Shown: positions 51,152 through 64,000 of the stretch, piece after piece
Position numbering within the stretch: the stretch's first letter is position 1
Layout: each line of letters begins with the position of its first letter
Assembly (NCBI GenBank): GCA_013239625.1
Contig: MU054323.1
Location: 310,001 to 374,000 of the forward strand
DNA: 64,000 nt
Direction of reading: 5' to 3'
Source: Lama guanicoe
Lineage: Eukaryota
The notes under the pieces: generated by a model
Told to the model about the DNA's origin: nothing
Databases searched by the model: none
Seen by the model: only the letters and a program-made list of their open reading frames with translations
Program-made: the position numbers and the translations under genes

Positions 51152-51849
51152 TTTATAGAAAACCGATAATGTGTCTGCAGAACACAACCTTTCCAGGAAT
51201 TGAATAAAAGGCAGCGACGAAATCCTTTGGTTGTTTTCGTTGTGGGAGCCAGTCGGGGTGGGGAGGAAAGCTGAGTGCTCAGAGATAAAGACCATCATCG
51301 CTTCATTTCCTTACACTTTCAACACCTGGGCTGGAGTGGAACTTGCAAAACAGACATTTTGGCACTGAGTTGATCCCGAGATGAGTAAATGATGCCTCCC
51401 GCCAGAAGCCAAGAACACAGTTGTGGGTGACATCTTAGGGCTTACGTGTCAGAGGCACAAGAGTAAAAAAAAAGTGCTGAAGAAGTTGCAGAGGGAGGGA
51501 GACTGGCCAAGGCTCCTTGGAGGAGGTGAAGAGACTGAGCGTCCCGGAAGTGGAAGGACTCGGAGGGGTCGCAGGTAGGATGTAGGTGCTCTAGGTGCAT
51601 GTGAGTGTGTCTGTTTCACCTGAGTGTGTGCACATGTGAGGGTGACAGGGAATGAGTGTGTGTGTTTTATTTTGCTTGTGAGTATGTGCTGTGTGTATGA
51701 GTGTAGATGGATGTTGCATTTTGTGTGGATGTGTTCATGAGGTATGAGCAAGTGTGGGTCATGTGTGGGTGTGACTGGCTGGCCAGGGGTGGTGCTGAGG
51801 TGGGAAGAGCCTAGGTTTTGAGAAGTGACTGAGGGCCCTGGCCAATGAA

Positions 51850-52060
51850 GCCAACTGCCTGGGTTGAATCTCCAGCCGCCCCTTACTAGCTGTGTCATGT
51901 TGGGCGAGTGACTTTTCTGTGCCTCAGTCTCTCATCTGTAAAATGTGGATAATTAGAGCATCTTTCTTTTAGGGTTGTTGTGAAGTCGAAATGAATACTT
52001 GCAACATCATTAAAACAGTGCTGGGCAGAGCTAATTGTTCTATAAATGTCTGCTACTGTT
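51850..52060 (+). mobile_element. MIR SINE
   Basis: ctgcctgggttgaatc...cttactagctgtgtcatgttgggcgagtgactt...gcctcagtctctcatctgtaaaatg...agggttgttgtgaag. Confidence 0.85.
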
Positions 52061-53309
52061 GTCTAAGAGGCAGGAAGCCTGAGATGGCAGTCTTAGGATA
52101 GGAGGGTTTGGGGACAAGGCTGAGTGAAGCTGGGAAGGGAGTCAGAATGGTGAAGATCAAGGTGCCAAATGCTGCTGCAACGTACCCTGGGGGATGGGTG
52201 ATGTTGGAGTCAAAACCTAGTGATATTGGGGGCTGGGGGAGTCCAGAGCAGGATGAGATGTGGGGTGTGAGTCAAAGTGTGGCTCAGGGTGGAGTCAGAA
52301 GGGAGAGCATCCATTTACGAGGGTGCCCCTCTCTGTGGGTGAGGATGGTGGGAGGCCAGGGAGAGGTGCGTCCACAGCAGGTGACAGAGGGCAGGCAGTC
52401 CGAGACCCAGCATCCTGGAAGGCCAGCCGGCCAGGGTGGACTGTTCCTATAGAAGGAGAGGAGACAGCGTCTCTGGAACATCACAATTTGCTGTTCGCTT
52501 TGCGAGTCAGAAATTCCCTCGGCTCTCCCTGACTTTTCTATTTCGGCTCTAGAACGCCACCTTCCATCATTCTGGATCCAGATTATGAGAAGCTGACTGC
52601 CCTTGGGTGCAGCTGATTACCCACAGGATGAGCCCAGGGACCTCCTGACTCAAAGGCTACTTAGAATCATTAGGATGAACTGGCACTGTCTATGCCTCTG
52701 TCTTGTCCATCAATCAGACTGCAAGACTCCGGAGGGCATAGCCCTTCTTTAATATTTCATCCCTGCACTGATCACCCTGCATCAGATAACAGGGTGTTTG
52801 GTCAGTAAGGATTCACTGAACTTGTTGGGAAACCGGGGACAAGAAGAGTGAAAGAACTAGTGTTGCAACCACCCAGGTAGTCAGTGGCGTGATGGTACCT
52901 TGGACAGCTTTCAGCTTACCTCTCAGGCTCTCCAAAAGGTATGAAGTCAGTACACTTTGGTCTCCAGGACCTCCTGCATGCTCTTGCTTGTTTGTTTCCA
53001 AATTCCTCTCTCCTGTCCTGGTGGTCCTGGCCCACTTCTCCATCACCTGCTTGTTCAGCTGGGTTATCTAGGGAGGTGGGAAAGGGGCTTCAGTTATGTG
53101 TTTTGAGAACTTAGTCTTTGCTTTGGAAAGACTGTTCCCTTCCCTGGGGTGTGACACGTGAATAGGGACCGTGTTCCTATTGGTGGACTTGATTTGTGAC
53201 CGGGGTGGAAGGATGTTTCTGGCTCGAAGGGCTGGCCTCACCCTCTAAGGGGTTCCCTGGGTATGAGCGCTATTGGAACAGCCTTCTGGATGCGGCACTG
53301 CATCTGGGA

Positions 53310-53530
53310 GAGGGCATAGGCTTCAGATCCAGCGGGACCTAGGACTGAATTCTGATTTTACCGCGTCCCAGCTGTGGGACCTCAGGAAAATCATATTTGA
53401 ACCTCGATTACTTTATCTACAAAAAGAATGAAAATAGTGCCCCGCTATCTTTCTGGACTGTGGTTCGGATTGAATGAAGTCACGTGTGAAACTTCGGCGT
53501 CCAGGACTTGAGGCCTCGAGTGTGCTCTGA
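53310..53530 (+). mobile_element. MIR SINE, diverged
   Basis: ggcttcagatccagcgggacctaggactgaattctga...cagctgtgggacctcaggaaaatcatatttgaacctc. Confidence 0.55.
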
Positions 53531-54559
53531 GATGGCTTCCTTTTCTCCTTCCCTTCCAAACCCCCCGCTTCCTTCCCATTTGGTTTTTCAAAAGTCAACC
53601 TGACGTGGGTGGCAGTTATGGCAAACTCTCTCTCGGAGGGAATGCCAGGAAAACTCATGGCTCTACCATGCGGGAGAGGAGCTCAGAGACTGGGTGGCGA
53701 GGGTGGCCCTCCGGGATGCTGAAGCACGTGTGTATGTCTGCATTGATGAATATGTTCACATCCACACATCTGTCTAATTCGGTGCATGGTCAGCCATGGA
53801 TGCACAGCAAGCGTCTGGTCCACCCTCTTGTATCTTCAGATGTGGCCTGGAGGACTTGTCCCAGCCTGGCTGGTTCCTGGCAGAGGTGAACTCGGAACTG
53901 GTCTTCTGGTTCCCAGTCCCATTCTCTCCTTCTCTGCAGATGCACCCGTGCATGTGCACACACACACGCACACACCATGCTGTTTTCTGTTTGTCAAAAA
54001 ATGATACCTAGTCAGGAATCATGTTGCCCAATGTCATCCTTTCTTTCTTTCTGTGGGTGCCCCATCACTCTTGCTGTGGAAGTGTCTGCACTGTCACTCT
54101 GCCCTCTGGACTTCCTCCGAAGAAAGGAATAATGAGGAATGATGGATCAGGATCTCTGGGGCACACGATCTGCCCCGCCATGGGGAGCAGAGACCGGTGG
54201 GTTTCACGGCAGCCCGGCTGAGCTGTCCTCTGGTGTCCAGAACCCTTCTTGCTTCCATGTAACACCCCAGTGCTCTCAACGTACACATTGTTTGTAACCA
54301 AAGTTCAGTTTTCTGGTAAAACAAGGGTTCCCTTGCTTTGCAGGCAGAGGAGGGGAGACTAGCTAATGGGATGGGCTGTGAAATGGATGTGCCAGAGTTT
54401 CCTGAGCGGCAAGCTATGCAGTGGCCCTGGAGGGTTTTACAAGGCTCTGCACAGTCTTCTGCCTCCTCTCTGGGCCTCAGAATGTCCCCCAGGCCATGCC
54501 CACTGCAGACAACCGTGCCTTCCTCAGAGACAGGAGCCATAATTTCAACTGTTTCTTCT

Positions 54560-54785
54560 TCTTTTTTTTTTAAAACAATTTTTTAAATTGAAGTATAGTT
54601 AATTTACAATACAGTGTTAGTTTTAGGTGCACAGCAAAGTGATTCAGTTATACACACACACACACACACATATTCTTTTTCAGATTCTTTTCCATTTCAG
54701 GTTATTACAAGATACTGAATAGAGTTCCTTGTGCTATACCTTGTTGTTTATCCATTTAGTATGTAGTGCCTTGTATCTGTTAATC
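54560..54785 (-). mobile_element. L1 3'-end fragment containing a (CA)n tract
   Basis: tttttaaattgaagtatagttaatttaca...ggtgcacagcaaagtgattcagttata...ggttattacaagatactgaatagagttccttgtgctata; related to the 48 kb copy. Confidence 0.85.
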
Positions 54786-54845
54786 TCAATCCTCACAATG
54801 ATCTATCGAGGGTGATGCTTTATCCAACCCCCCCCCCTTTTCTGC

Positions 54846-54962
54846 TGGGGGAGGTAATTAGATTTACTGATTTATTTATTTATTTTGATGAGAGTACTGG
54901 GGATTGAGCCCAGGACCTCATGCACGCTAAGCAGACACTCTGCCACTGAGCTATACCCTCCC
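54846..54962 (-). mobile_element. tRNA-derived SINE, Vic-1-like, inserted in a MIR
   Basis: gggggaggtaattagattt(attt)n...gtactggggattgagcccaggacctcatgcacgctaagcagacactctgccactgagctataccctccc; MIR-like sequence on both sides. Confidence 0.88.
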
Positions 54963-55841
54963 TGCCATCCCTTGTTTTAAAGTCAGGAAACTGATGCTCA
55001 GAGAGATTAAGTGATTTGCCCACAGACTTTCAACTCAGGTCCTTGTGTCTCCATTACAATAACTCCAGCTTCTCTCCTCATGTCCAGAGGCAGAGCTTCT
55101 AGAGACGTCAGATGGTCTTCGTGGTGAAACACAAATGTGGCTGCATTCTCCTGACGTCACCTGAAGACTTTCTGGTCTACCAGGCACCCGCCAGGGCACT
55201 GCCGTACCATACGGTCAGAAGCCCTTTTGCGGTCTTTGAGGGGTTCAGCAAAGGTGGAGGGGGTCCTATGTCTGTCACCTTTCAAGTAGTTGGAAGTGTC
55301 CCCAGGGAAGGTAGTCTGACAGATTTTTCTAGCCTAAATGAACCTCAAGTTAAAATCACTCCATCAACAAACGTTTCAGGGCTAAGTAGAGCTTCTGTAG
55401 GAAAATCATAGTGCTTTACTCATCTTTCTGTCCCTGGTGACTGACACACAGTAGGAATTCAGTAAATGTTTGCTCAAAGAATGAAGAAGCACCTCCTCCT
55501 TTCCAGGCCCTGGGCAAGGGCAGCAGGGAACAGAGAGGAACAAGACACAGCCCCTCCCTCCGAGAACCCAAGGTCTAGATCAGAGGAGGAGCTACACTGG
55601 CATAGGGGGAGCCAGTTTGCAGAGCGTGACTTTTGTTAGGGTCCAAATGAGTTTCACTGTCTGGAAATTCAGAAGAGAGATCCCCTGGGGTCAGAAGGCT
55701 CAGGGTGGATGTGAAGAACTGGGCTTAATGGGGAGGTTGAACTTGTGTGGCAGGGTCCCAACTGGGGCAGAACTTCGTAATATTCAGAACCATCCAGCTG
55801 AGATGCAGAGAGCCTGGGAAGCAGGAATCTGGTGGGAACGA

Positions 55842-55921
55842 TGTGTGTGTGTGTGTGTGTGTGTGTTTGGGGGTGTGTGTGTGTGTGTGTGCGCATGCGT
55901 GTGCACGCATGTGTGTGTGTG
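55842..55921. repeat. Compound (TG)n microsatellite
   Basis: Three TG runs separated by short interruptions. Confidence 0.9.
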
Positions 55922-58559
55922 GTGGGGACAGGGTGGTGTCTTCTTGTACTAGGAGAGAGATTGGACCTGATGATTTCTTCTGTGTCTAAGTTCTTAGTTT
56001 CAACATTGAATCCAGAAAAAGTTTCCAGAAGAAGTGATAGTTTAGAACCCACACCCAAACCAAAACACAATATCCGTAAAATGAATCCAAGGACTTCTCT
56101 AGAACGATGGATAGATGTCCCTTATGCTTATTTCCAATGTCTGTTCACAAGTGACCACTGAAAAGGTCAGGGCCTGTCCCCCATATTAGCTTAAGAGAGG
56201 AAGAAATCCCTTTATTATCGGGGGAACAGTAAGAGGGATCGCATTGTGGGGTGGGGATTAGTATACGGGGAGATCCTGGGAAGCTTCTTGGAGGAGGCAG
56301 CATCTGAACAAGATCTTGAAGAATGGACTCAGTCACTGCTCATTTGTCCCTACACCTTCCTCCCTCCATTCATCTATTATCCATTCAACTTCCATTCTTT
56401 CTTTCATCCATTGATCTATTAACTTAATAAATAGCTGTTGAGTTCCTACTATGTGCCTGACACATTGGCATACATTCCCTGTTTAATTACAGCAATTCTG
56501 GTGGGTAGGTAATAGTATCCTGAATATACAGATCAGGTGAATTTGACTCCAGGCAACACAAATGTCCTCTTACCTCATTCCAGTCTGTCTCGTCCTATAT
56601 CAAGGAAGAAATATCTCCTTATCTCTAAAAAGCCACCTTCCTTTGCTTCGCCCAATTCCCTGTCCCTACTCTCTTCTCCGATCCAGTCCACCCCTAGTTA
56701 GCTAAGATACAGACCTAAGACAGTCACCTCCTGGCCCACAACTCACAGGGCTCACCGCTGACCAGGGGCCAAGTCCCACCTCTTGACTTCAATGGTTGAG
56801 ACCCCCCTCATAACATCCTTTTCCCGACTTCATCTCAGTACTTTGCTCTTATTACCTTTAATTTTAGTTAAATTAGGGAACGACCTCTGGATTTTCCCCA
56901 TGCCTGGGTCTTTGTTCATCCCATTTAAAATGACTCATTCTACTGAAGTTGGCCTCCTTACAAATGTGTTAAGCTGAATTCAGCTCCCAGCGTGCCTGAA
57001 GCCCTCCTTCCTTCCGGGAGTGTGCATAGTGTGCAGTTTTCTAGACATCCCAGCACCTCCAGGAACCCTGGACATAAGTGCAGCCCCAACCCTGGCATGC
57101 AGGGCAGGGAGCTATTTCTGGATGGTACTGATGGACTGGCAAGGAACTCAGGGTTAGTTCGCAGGGGTCTGCAGCTCCTATGTGATAAAACCAGTCCTGG
57201 TACCAACCACCACACTGGACATTTTGACTGTGTGCCATTTAACTGCATAAACGGTGTTCATTCTGATCAGTGTCCACGTGCAACAGACATCTCATCCCTG
57301 CCCTCATCCTTTCCTCCCTCAGCTGCTGGTCCAAACCGCAGCCAAGCCTTCCCCATCCCTGACTCTCATTTCAGCCCAGCCTTGACTTCATCCCTTACAC
57401 GTGTTGACACAGAATTCCAATTTGCCTAGTAGTTCTATTTTCATTAACCAGCAGGGAATGTTACTTATTGTTCTTATGGATGGGAAATGTAAGAACTGAA
57501 GCAGCTTTCCTAGGGAGTTTTCATCTGTGTTTTCCCACAATTCATTCCATAAATTAGAGCAGGAGTTTTGCAGGTATGGCCTTAAAGACCTCAGCTCCCA
57601 CAGGAGGCTCCTGGCAAGTATATCTAAGCAAGGAGCTTGGAACCAATGAAAGAATGAAAGACGGGTGAGGACCATGGATGGGTAGGGGTAAGAGATGGGC
57701 AGAGGGTCAGGCCCAGGTGGGGAGTGTTAGCGTCAGGTATATACATTATCTGGAAATAAAAAAGGATTTTTAGGAGGCCCTGTCCAAATGTTTTCTCTAA
57801 ATAGCCTGGCGTTGAAATGGTCACAGTAAGCAGAGACCAACTAACTTGAAGGAGAGATCCGCCCTGGCCATCCTTAATGCTGGGGGCCAAGAGACCGAGG
57901 CTGGCTTCCCCTCCCAGGTCACCTTATGATCTCTGAATCAACTTCCTTCTCTGTCAGATGGAGATAACACCAACCAGCAGAATGGCTGAAGGAATTCCTA
58001 AGCTTTTGCTGAAGGTAAACGGGTAAGCATTTGAAATTGTGCAAAGCCGGAAGGACTCAGCAGAATCAGGACAGAACACAGGCGCCTCGGGGAGGAGATG
58101 CCTCCAGCAGGATGGGGACCACAGCTCGTCTGCACCGTGGATCCTCACGCTGAGGGCAGATCGATCAGGAATCAGCACTTTCCTGTCTGCACAGCTGGGG
58201 TTCGGGACAACACAATCCTCTGGGTAGAAAGTACTCTGATCGTAGCTCTCCAGCCCTATGCTCGAGTGTGGGCTCGCGGGGCGCAGGAGGTGGGCTTTGG
58301 AGGGGGGGCTTTGGGGGAGGAGCCCTGGGGGCCAACCAGGTCCACAGTCCCCAGGAATGAAAAAGGGACTTTGCTCAGCCAGCCTGGTCAATTGCATATA
58401 TAGCAATTTTGAATGTCAATAGCTCCCTCCCCGTTTTTTTTTTTCTTTACTCCCGGTATAACATCCAGATCCTGTCCCTCTTCTGTGAGGCTCCTCCTTA
58501 CACCGCTGGGCGACGGGCACATAGTAGGCCCTCAATAAATATTTGCCCATTCCGTGAAT

Positions 58560-59026
58560 GGATGGCAACCCAGCACTAATCCCCTCTCTTCGGCTCCCCG
58601 CCCCCAGGAAGAAATAAAAGATGTCCATTTGCGGCTCGGCCACATACAGGCAAACGTCCATATTGCTGCCAAGTCCTGCCATCTGCCACCTCCGCGGTGC
58701 AGGTGCCGGCAGCCTCGGCACCCACAAAGCCCGCGCCGGCACAAAGGCCCGACGTGCACGGGTAATTGCCGAGCGCACAGCCCGCCGGCCGGCCAGGCTG
58801 CGGCGAGTTTGCTGGGGCTGCGGAGATTTGCATACAGATGGCCAGTCGGGGCCGCAGGGCCGCCCGCCGCCGCCGCCGCCGCCACCGCCGCCGCCCCGGG
58901 TGGACCGGCCGCAGCCGCTTCAGAAGTGCGCGCGGCTTTGACTGCAGCCCAGCCCGAGAGAGGCCTCATTCTGCCCGCCCTGAATAGTCAGCCTTTCAAG
59001 GGGCTGCTTTGAAATTTGAAAAGAGG

Positions 59027-59062
<36 letters not shown>

Positions 59063-59800
59063 AATCAAGAAACAGAGAGACAGAGATTGAGAGAGACTGA
59101 GAGAGAGAGACGGAGACAGATAGAGAAAGGCGGAGAGAAGGGAGATCGAGGGAGAGACAGAGGTCTGGGAGGAAGGGAAAGCAGCCAGTTCTCTTCATAG
59201 TGGGGAAGGCGCTGGGTTCAAACGTCAGGAGCCCCCAGGAATGCGGGGGATCTCTGCGGAGACTGTCCCTGGGATGCGCCCTCGCTCCTGCTCCTGGTGG
59301 TGCTGTGTCACAGATGTGCTGGAAGCAAGGGGAGGGGGGCCGTGGGGAGCGGGGGGTGGGGAGAAGGCGGCAGTCTGAAATGTACCGGCAGGTTGCAGCT
59401 GTTTTGAAACAAACAAACAGCAGCAACAACAAAAACCCAGGCAGCAAAATAAATGCAAAAAAAATCTCTGTAATAAAAAAAGCAACTATAAAGGTTAAGC
59501 TGGCGGAACGGTCTCTAAAGCAAGTCCCTGGGTCTGTAAAGTTGCCGGTGGGGACCAGGCTTTGCTCTCTTTCCCCGTCGTGTTCGGGTTGGAAATGGCC
59601 AGAGGGCTGAGCGAGCGCCCCCGGGGACACGGGGACACGGTGGCGCTGGGCGTCACGCACGCGGCAGGTGCTCGCCGGCGACTCGGGGCTCTCTGTTTAG
59701 TAACCACTCGGCGGCTTTAGCTCGGTGTTTGCTAATACCCTGGCCCTCGCCCTCCGCGCGGCTCCCCTCCCCACCGCCTTCAGTGAATGACCGATCGGGC
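58560..59800. promoter_or_regulatory. Orphan CpG island; candidate distal enhancer or lncRNA promoter
   Basis: Dense CpG at 58690-58980 and 59570-59800, a (GCC)n run at 58864-58895, octamer, E-box and TAAT motifs; no credible coding exon. Confidence 0.7.
59021..59165. repeat. GA-rich polypurine repeat
   Basis: (GA)n and (GAGACA)n-like tract inside the distal CpG island. Confidence 0.9.
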
Positions 59801-62800
59801 TGAAGAAAGAAAGGCGTCATTGAACTCCTGTTGCCTCTCTTGTCCAAACTAAATGAAAGGGAAACAGAAAAGCAACAGAGAACAGCGATTTCTCATGTTC
59901 TTCACTGGGCGTTTTAAACCTGCTTCTCCCCCTGTGTCACTTCTGCAGGAGAAATCTGGGAACCAGCCCTCACCCCCCACCCCCGCCCCAGCCCCGGGAC
60001 CCAAGCAGGCACCAAGGCCCTGCTTTCTGTGGCCCTTAAAGCGCTTGCCATCCTCCGTCTGCACCAGGGATTGTCTGCATGCGGTGCAGGGCCTCTTTTA
60101 TGCACCCAGCACTACTCCTCCCCCTACCAACCCATCTTCCCCAGCTGCGGCCAGAATGCCGTTTCGAAAACCCAGTTCCAGCTCTCTGTCTCTCTCTCTT
60201 CCTTAGAACCACTGACTGACCCATGATTGTCCTCTGGAGAATAAAGACCAGCTCTTTAGCTTGATGTGGAAACCCCCGTGGTCCAGTTTCTGCTCCTGTC
60301 CCAGCCCTTGCCCCCTGCCCTTGCACCTTGCACGAAGGTCCGTTCTAGTCCAGGCTGTTTCCCACCCCTGCCTCTTCGCTCAAGTGGTTTCACTTCTTGG
60401 CAAGCCCTCTCCTATCCTGATGAACAGGATGGAGGCTCCTTCCTTCCTCCTGCCCACCTCCCTTCCTCCTTCCATCCTGCCAACAAACATGTTATTGATG
60501 CCAACACTACACATAACATCAGGTGCTGAGGATAAAGGGATGGAGAGAAAAGCTTCTGTCTTCTTCCACCCTTTCCCTGGGTCCTATAAGGTGTCCCAAG
60601 GAGGTCACAGATGAGTCCCCCACCTCACTACTCAGCACTGCCCCTCCCAAGCTGAGACCGCAGCTCCTAGCCAGTGTCTAGCTGGTATCTGTCTCTGATA
60701 TAAAAACTGCTTCCAGGTGGTGACTGGTTTTATATCAGAGACAGATACCGATGAACTTGAAACTACCACACATCGCTACACTGAAGGCTCTTCCTCAATA
60801 TTCTTATTGTGCTTTTTATGTCTGAAACTATGGCAGGAACTCAGGGGAAGTCGTTCACCAAGGATCAATTCTATAAAAGGGAAATTACTGACAATTTGAG
60901 CCAGACATGACCATAGCTTTCATGGTCTTTTTTTCCCTTTCGCCACTTGAAAAGTCAGAGCAAAATTCACTTTAGATGTTGTATTTTATTCTTTCAACAA
61001 GTATTTAGGTTGAAAGAAAGAGACTGTGAGTAAGGTATTTGGAGGATTTTAAAAAATGAAATTAGCTCTGCAATGTTAACATTTCCATGCTCAGAAATGC
61101 ATCCTTTCCTGATGACTCTCTCTGAATGGTCCTGTGTCTGTTCTTTTCACTCTCTGCAAGTCTTGCGTGGACTTTAGCCAAAAGGTACAGGCTGGTCTCA
61201 GTGAAGCGGAAAGATATGCTATGGTTTACTGTGCACCATGGGAAACGGACCTCCAAGTAAAATGGTTTCTTTTTTATACTTGGAGCTGAATCTGGGTGAC
61301 TTTTGGTAGCGATACGCCTTCTCTGGGCTTCAGCTTTTTCTCTATAACCTAGCAATGGGCACGTCTATTTCAAGGGCGGGGTATGAGGGTGGGGGAGTGG
61401 AGTGGAGAATGAAAAAGCATAGATACGAGAAAACAATCTAAATGGTGTAGATAACTTCAAATTGCTCACATTAGTCCACTTGATCTTATTTTCAAACTAA
61501 CTTTGCATCATTATTGGAAAGATAGTGGGATAAAAACAAAGAGGAGAGAGAAAGTCAGGGGAGCTCTGGAAACCCTGTTGCTAGGGCTGTGGTTTGGGAC
61601 CAGGCACTTAAGCTTGCTAAGCACCATTTCCCATCATTCTAAAGGTACGAACACCTACTTCCTAGGCTTTTTGTAAGGACCGAGCGCCATAACGTATACC
61701 CGATACAATATCTGGCAAAGAGCAGGTGCTAAAAGAGGAATCGTAATAGTTATTGTTTTAAATAGAATTGAGAAGGTGAAATAAATCTCTGCACAGACTG
61801 GCTCTCTGTCCACAAGAAACGCGAAAACAGAGACAAGTAATTCTCGGGCCTTCTCTGCCTGCCCTGTGCTTCCCTTTATGACATTCTCTCTGGAGCAGTT
61901 TGCGAAGCATCAAGTTGTACTAACTTTATATAGAGTATGAAATGCTGTGTTCCTCTTTCCCAGTCACTCCAGGAGGCAATAAGCTATTGAAATATCATGT
62001 CTTCGAAAGCATCGTTCAGTTCAATTCCGTTTCATTCTATTCCACAGGTGTTTGTGGAACACAGCAGACACTTCTAGGACAGCAACGCACTACGATGTGG
62101 AGCACTTAGAGACAGAGTATGAGTGGTACATTTAAGGGACGTAAAGGGATCGCTACAGGAACAGACTTGGGTAGCCGTTGCCCCTGACTCCGACTCCTCT
62201 CCTGGAACATCCACTGTGACCTTGAACATCTGATGGAGCTTCTTCAGGCTTTTCTTTCCCCAACTGTAAAAGGGAGGAGAACAAATCTAATCTTGCAGGG
62301 TTGTTGTAAAGCGGCAAGGCAGCATACACAAGATGCCTAGCACTGAGGGCACAAGGTCACTGCAGGCTGCTATCCAGTGTGGAGGGATGGCTGAGACGCC
62401 AAGAAGCCTGGATGATCCGTCATCACCAATGGACGTGTCGCAGTGCTGTCTCACTAGGATGCATTCCATCACCCCTTCCCTCTGCTCCAGGCCAGAGGCC
62501 ACCAGGGCTGTGGGCTGTGAGCCAGTGGTGATGACAGGCATGGGAAAGGTGAGTCTGCTGCTCAGTGCCACACAGACTGGAGCCGCTTGGAGAGTGGGGA
62601 CCTCCCCGAGCCTCGCTTTCCTCCTTTGCCAAATGGAGAGACGATGCCTCACTGAACTACTTGACCTGGCAGGTGGAAGAGGACTGATCAGACGGACAGG
62701 AAACGGCTCTGTAAACAGTAAGGTGCTGTCCTGGTGCCAGAGAGTGCTCTCAGCTCCCGGAAAAGGAAGCACAGAGGAAATCCCATCAGTTAATGAGCTT

Positions 62801-62871
62801 GCTTCTGGGTTACTCTTGCAAGGGGATTTTGTGATAAGGAGCAGGCGAGGAGCAGTTGCCATCCCAGGCTA

Positions 62872-63045
62872 TAGCCTTTCTACTTAAAGTGTGGTTCGTG
62901 GACCGGTAGCATCTGCATCACCGGGGAGACTGTTAGACATGCCGAGCAGGGGTCCCCACCCCACACCTACCCAATCAGAACTTGCATTTGAACAAAATAC
63001 CCCATGAGCCATAGACATATAGAAGTGGGAGAAGCATTGGTCTAC
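62872..63045 (+). mobile_element. MER5A-like hAT-Charlie transposon
   Basis: acttaaagtgtggttcgtggaccggtagcatctgcatcaccggggagactgttaga...ccccaccccacaccta...aatcagaacttgcatttgaacaaaatacccc. Confidence 0.75.
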
Positions 63046-64000
63046 AGGCCTTGGTGTTAAAGAGTAAGAGTTGATAAGGAAATTAACCAGCACTGGACAA
63101 GAAGTTTTGTGACCCTGGAGGAGAACGGCCATGTGACCTGCACACACCTTTGGTACTTTGGGGTTGCTTGGGACAATGTCAGAAATACAAACGATAAGAG
63201 AAAGGGGAAAGAAGTGAGGACCTGTCTTCACTCAAGAAAGGCTGGGCAATGTCAGGCTGCCAGGAAAGGTGGACATTGTAGACTGTTGGCTGCGCTCTGG
63301 GGCGCTGCTCCCTCAGAGCCCCGTTCAGCCACTGGGTGGTTCAGCTCCAGTGGTCATGTCACTCCTGGGGCCAGGGCTCAGGTGCTGCTGGATGGGTAGG
63401 GGGAACCCAGGCGAAACAGCTGTCTTCGCGGAGCCTAACTACACTCAAAGATCCAACTTAGCTCAATCAACATCACAAAGGCTTCTAATGAGGAGCTGGC
63501 AGGCAGGAACTCTTTGATATCAATTAGTTAATCATTAGGGTAACCCGCACTGATTGCACTGATTGATGGTTGGACTAACTACACTTAGAGGCACCCTGAC
63601 ATTTTTACTGTTATAGGAGAACTCAGAGGGGGATCTCACTGGCTGCCCAGGCATTTTCTTGCTTTCTTACCTTTCCTTGAGGGAGGGGTTCCTTCTGCTT
63701 GGAAACCCTCCTCCTCCATTCTCTTCTCAATTTAATGCTGAATGGGCTCCTCATCCTTTAAGACTTAGCTCAGTTGCCACCTTCTCAGTGTGACCCTGAT
63801 CACAGTGGGACTCTTAGTCAGTTTGGGGTAAGAGTACACCTGGAAGCTGAGGATTCAGAAGGGGGATTTTCCCCTTTAAAACGCTCAGTGACTCACGTTC
63901 CCCTTGGGACCCCATAGAAAGCCTTGGTGTAGCGGGAAGAGGTATTTGCGTTACTATAGAGCGCCTCCTTTGTGGCTGGCACTTTCTAAGGGGTTTTACA

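Noticed and set aside
58416..59660. ORFs of 120-246 aa in the distal CpG island, with poly-Ala, poly-Pro and SLSL runs
   Set aside because: Products of GCC and GA repeats in GC-rich DNA; no domain or convincing splice structure.
62287..62887. Antiparallel 184-aa and 191-aa ORFs
   Set aside because: No recognisable protein features; they abut MIR and MER5A remnants and are consistent with chance.

Overview
Mammalian genomic DNA, most likely a camelid, judging from three Vic-1-like tRNA-derived SINEs. The window holds the complete MYCN (N-Myc) proto-oncogene on the + strand: CpG-island promoter with E2F sites, exon 1 (about 2096-2277, with an alternative donor at 2588), exon 2 (3489-4389; ATG at 3606) and exon 3 (6436 to about 7960; stop at 7037), giving a 461-aa protein. 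The remaining ~56 kb is a gene desert of ancient repeats (MIR, L2, L1, MER DNA transposons, MLT1), microsatellites and several candidate enhancers, including an orphan CpG island at about 58.5-59.8 kb. I found no second protein-coding gene. Most notable observations: (1) the exon-1 upstream ATG splices in frame with N-Myc here, predicting a 91-aa N-terminally extended isoform, whereas I recall it being out of frame in human (MYCNOT/deltaMYCN); (2) a recognisable but disabled antisense copy of the hominid de novo gene NCYM; (3) a nested four-helix hairpin in intron 2; (4) three NF-Y boxes spaced exactly 32 bp apart; (5) a POU-octamer/E-box composite in the distal CpG island. Comparisons with human sequence and repeat consensuses are from memory and were not computed; repeat boundaries are approximate.
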